Shown piece after piece: positions 52,501 to 55,500 of a DNA stretch of 58,220 bases. Numbering within the stretch: the first letter of the stretch is position 1; the number at the start of each line of letters is the position of its first letter. The stretch lies in NCBI GenBank assembly GCA_023247795.1, contig JAHFFT010000010.1, forward strand, positions 1 to 58,220, given 5' to 3'. The translations under genes and the position numbers were made by a program. The notes under the pieces are model-generated. The model saw nothing but the letters and a program-made list of their open reading frames with translations, was not told the origin of the DNA and searched no databases. This DNA is from Candidatus Omnitrophota bacterium (GTDB lineage Bacteria > Omnitrophota > Gorgyraeia > Zapsychrales > JANLHA01).

Positions 52501-55500
52501 CGCTGCTGACCCTAACACAAGACGCTCGAACAATCGCGGTCATCCAGCGCGTGCGTGAAGCAGTTGGAAACCACTTACCATTGTCATCGGCCTTTTCTTC
52601 TAGGAGTCTTAACACGGCGTTGGGGCTTAACAATATTTTAGCCCATCCGGATGTGGTTATTGAAGCAGATGCAATCAGAGCAGATGGGACCAGAGTTGTG
52701 AGTATTCGTCTTCCGGCACGGCAGGTTGTCGATGCCGATCAGGTTCCACAAGGTTTGGCATTTTTACAATATGAACTTGCCAACACAACACAATTTGATC
52801 TTCTCTACAATGCCAAAGGCGATCTCATTGCCGCGCTCCCCCGTGTGTCTTCTAGGGATGAATTTTTAAATGAGATTGCTCCTAAACCCGGAGTCAATCC
52901 CCGGTATTTGAATCTGAGTTATTATAATTTTAAAGTTCCTGATTTGGGCGATCCCGCGGCCGTTGCCAAATGGACCAATTTTGCCAATGAGCGGCACGCG
53001 GACCAACAACGAATTGACAGTTATATAGCAAGTCGCTTTGGGTCTTTAGGTGTAACAATTCAGGGGCTTGATGCCAAATATGATCCTGTCTCTGGAAACT
53101 ATATACGGAAGAAAGAATATGTTTATGCTGAGATTGATAAGACAACGGGTCAGGTCGCTATTAAGGAAATCGATCTTGATTCTCCGGACCTTGTTAATCA
53201 GGTTTCCAAAACGCTTGATCCAAACAAACATCAGATCATTCTTCCGGTGTTCCCTACCATTTATTCGCCGGGAGAACAAGTTAACTTTGTCAGCGATAGC
53301 AGGTATCAGACCGCGATTTTTAATCAAATGGGCATTGCGGCGAATCACGACGTTCTGATGGTTGGTCCGGGAACAGGTTTGGATGTTTGGATTGCCTCGC
53401 GAAAAACAAATAAGCCGATCAATGTTATCGGTATTAATCCCTTGGAAATGGCCAATCTCGCGGTCACCGCGGCACTTGGGGGATTTCAAGTCCACGCGGT
53501 GTTAGGAAATAATATCATTCGAGAAGACGGAACGCTGGTCATTGGGGGAAAACGGTTTGATAGGGTCATTTGGAATTTGCCTTCTTATGATCCTGGTCCG
53601 CCCCCGGGGATTGTTGAGAAAAGACAGTTTGCTGAAGAAGGTCTAAATCCCGACGATATTTTTCAAAAGATGATTGAGAACGGTTGGGCAAGGCAAGTCA
53701 GTCCAACCGAGGTGCTATTGACAGTTAATTTAGTCGATCAAGCAGCTAATATGGCAAATGTTTTTGGTCCCCAATTCCCGGCCATTTTGACTATTTTACA
53801 AGCGTCTCATCCGAATGATCCTGTTCTGCTTACGGAACGACATGACCATGATTTCGAGGGAAGGATCCTGAGGCGTTTTGCTCAAGGGCTTCCGAGTGTC
53901 CTTAATGCGGATGGTCTCGCGCTCATTTGGAACATTCGGGTGTTGAGAAAGGGAATTATTTCGAAAAATCAAATTGAAGAAGCCGGGCTTGATGTCAACG
54001 AAGTTTTTCAAAAACTGGTGGAAAATGGATATGTCCAAACAATAAGCCCAACCCACGTGGAGTTAACTGACTTTTTAGGCCAAGAAGACCAGCGTAATCT
54101 GGAAAATATTTTTGGTCCCCAATTCACAACACTTTGGCCTATTTTGCGAAGCGCCCAAAATGTCATAGGCAGAAATGTGGTTAGTGAGATTTTGCGTTCA
54201 GCGGGAAAATCCGATGGTTTTACCGACGTCGCGCCCGGGGACGTTGTCTTCGATGTTGGTTTTACGCAGCGAAGGCTTTATTTTATCAAATTCACGGCAA
54301 ATGGTTCGAGTAGGAATGAATTTGTGAATGAAGGGGCCCTCGGCTTAGGGACAGCTTTTAATGAAATCAGCAATATTACGACCCAGGCAATGTCATCGGA
54401 GAAGGCCGGTCAAGTCACCGCGGCGATTGGTCAATTGGAAACTGCGGCCCAAGATCCGAAAATGACCGATGAGGAAAGAGCGTTGGTGATGCGGGTCGTG
54501 GTCAAACTCCGGGAACTGCACGCTGCTGGACGCATCCAAGATTTTAACGCCCTCATCCGTGACAGCGATGATTATCTGTTGGCCTTTTTCCGATCAACCA
54601 ATGGCGGTGTCATTGGGTTGTCGGATAATTTTACCGATTTGGCCAGGGTGTTGTTGAGGGAAGGGCTGATCGCGATCGGAGCATCAACGAATTATGAACA
54701 GCATCGATTTTATTATGAAACCTTGCAGGCAAAACTTTTAGGTAGGGGAACAGAGTTTCGTCTCGAGACCAGGACCAACATTGAACAGCCACTTTTTAAC
54801 GATCCGGTCAATGGCCTCGCTCATGCCCAGGCGTTTGTGAATCATTTTGATTATCCCTTGCAAGATAAACTCGATGTGCTTTTACGTCTCATCGATCTAG
54901 GGAATACTGATCCGGCTTATCAAGCCGCGGCAGCGAATGCCTTGGCGGTTTTGGCCGTTTGCTTGAATCAATGGCGGTCGTCAGTCAGTGCTGCCGATGG
55001 GCATCTTTCCGACGAGAGCGAACTCTTTTTGGATCAATGCATCATGAGGCTGATCAATGCTGGTATCAATGAAGTCCCTGGAGTCATGAGGTTTGATCCC
55101 GAGACTGGAGATTTGATTCTCTATGGTCCGGACGGTCAAGCTTTGTCGCAAGCCGAGGAAGAAGAATTTATCGGCGCAACACTGCTTGCCCGCAACACCC
55201 GCGCGACGGGAACGGTGCCTGCGGCGCTGAAAACTTTGCCAGGCTTGGCCCAAGGCCGGGTGGTTTTGACGACGGGTGACACAGCCGATTCGCAAATTAA
55301 CCTTAACGCACTGCGAACGCAAGTCGATCAGAAGCTTGCCGCCAGCGGTGGTAAAGGCCCCATCACGTTAGATTTGCCCGGTGGAAAACAGGAAACATTT
55401 GCTTTGCAAACCATCAATGGGATCAAGGTTCTTGTTCCGGTGAATACGTCACTTTCCGATGGGGCGCTGGCGGCTATCTCAGAAAAAGTTTTAGCGCGAG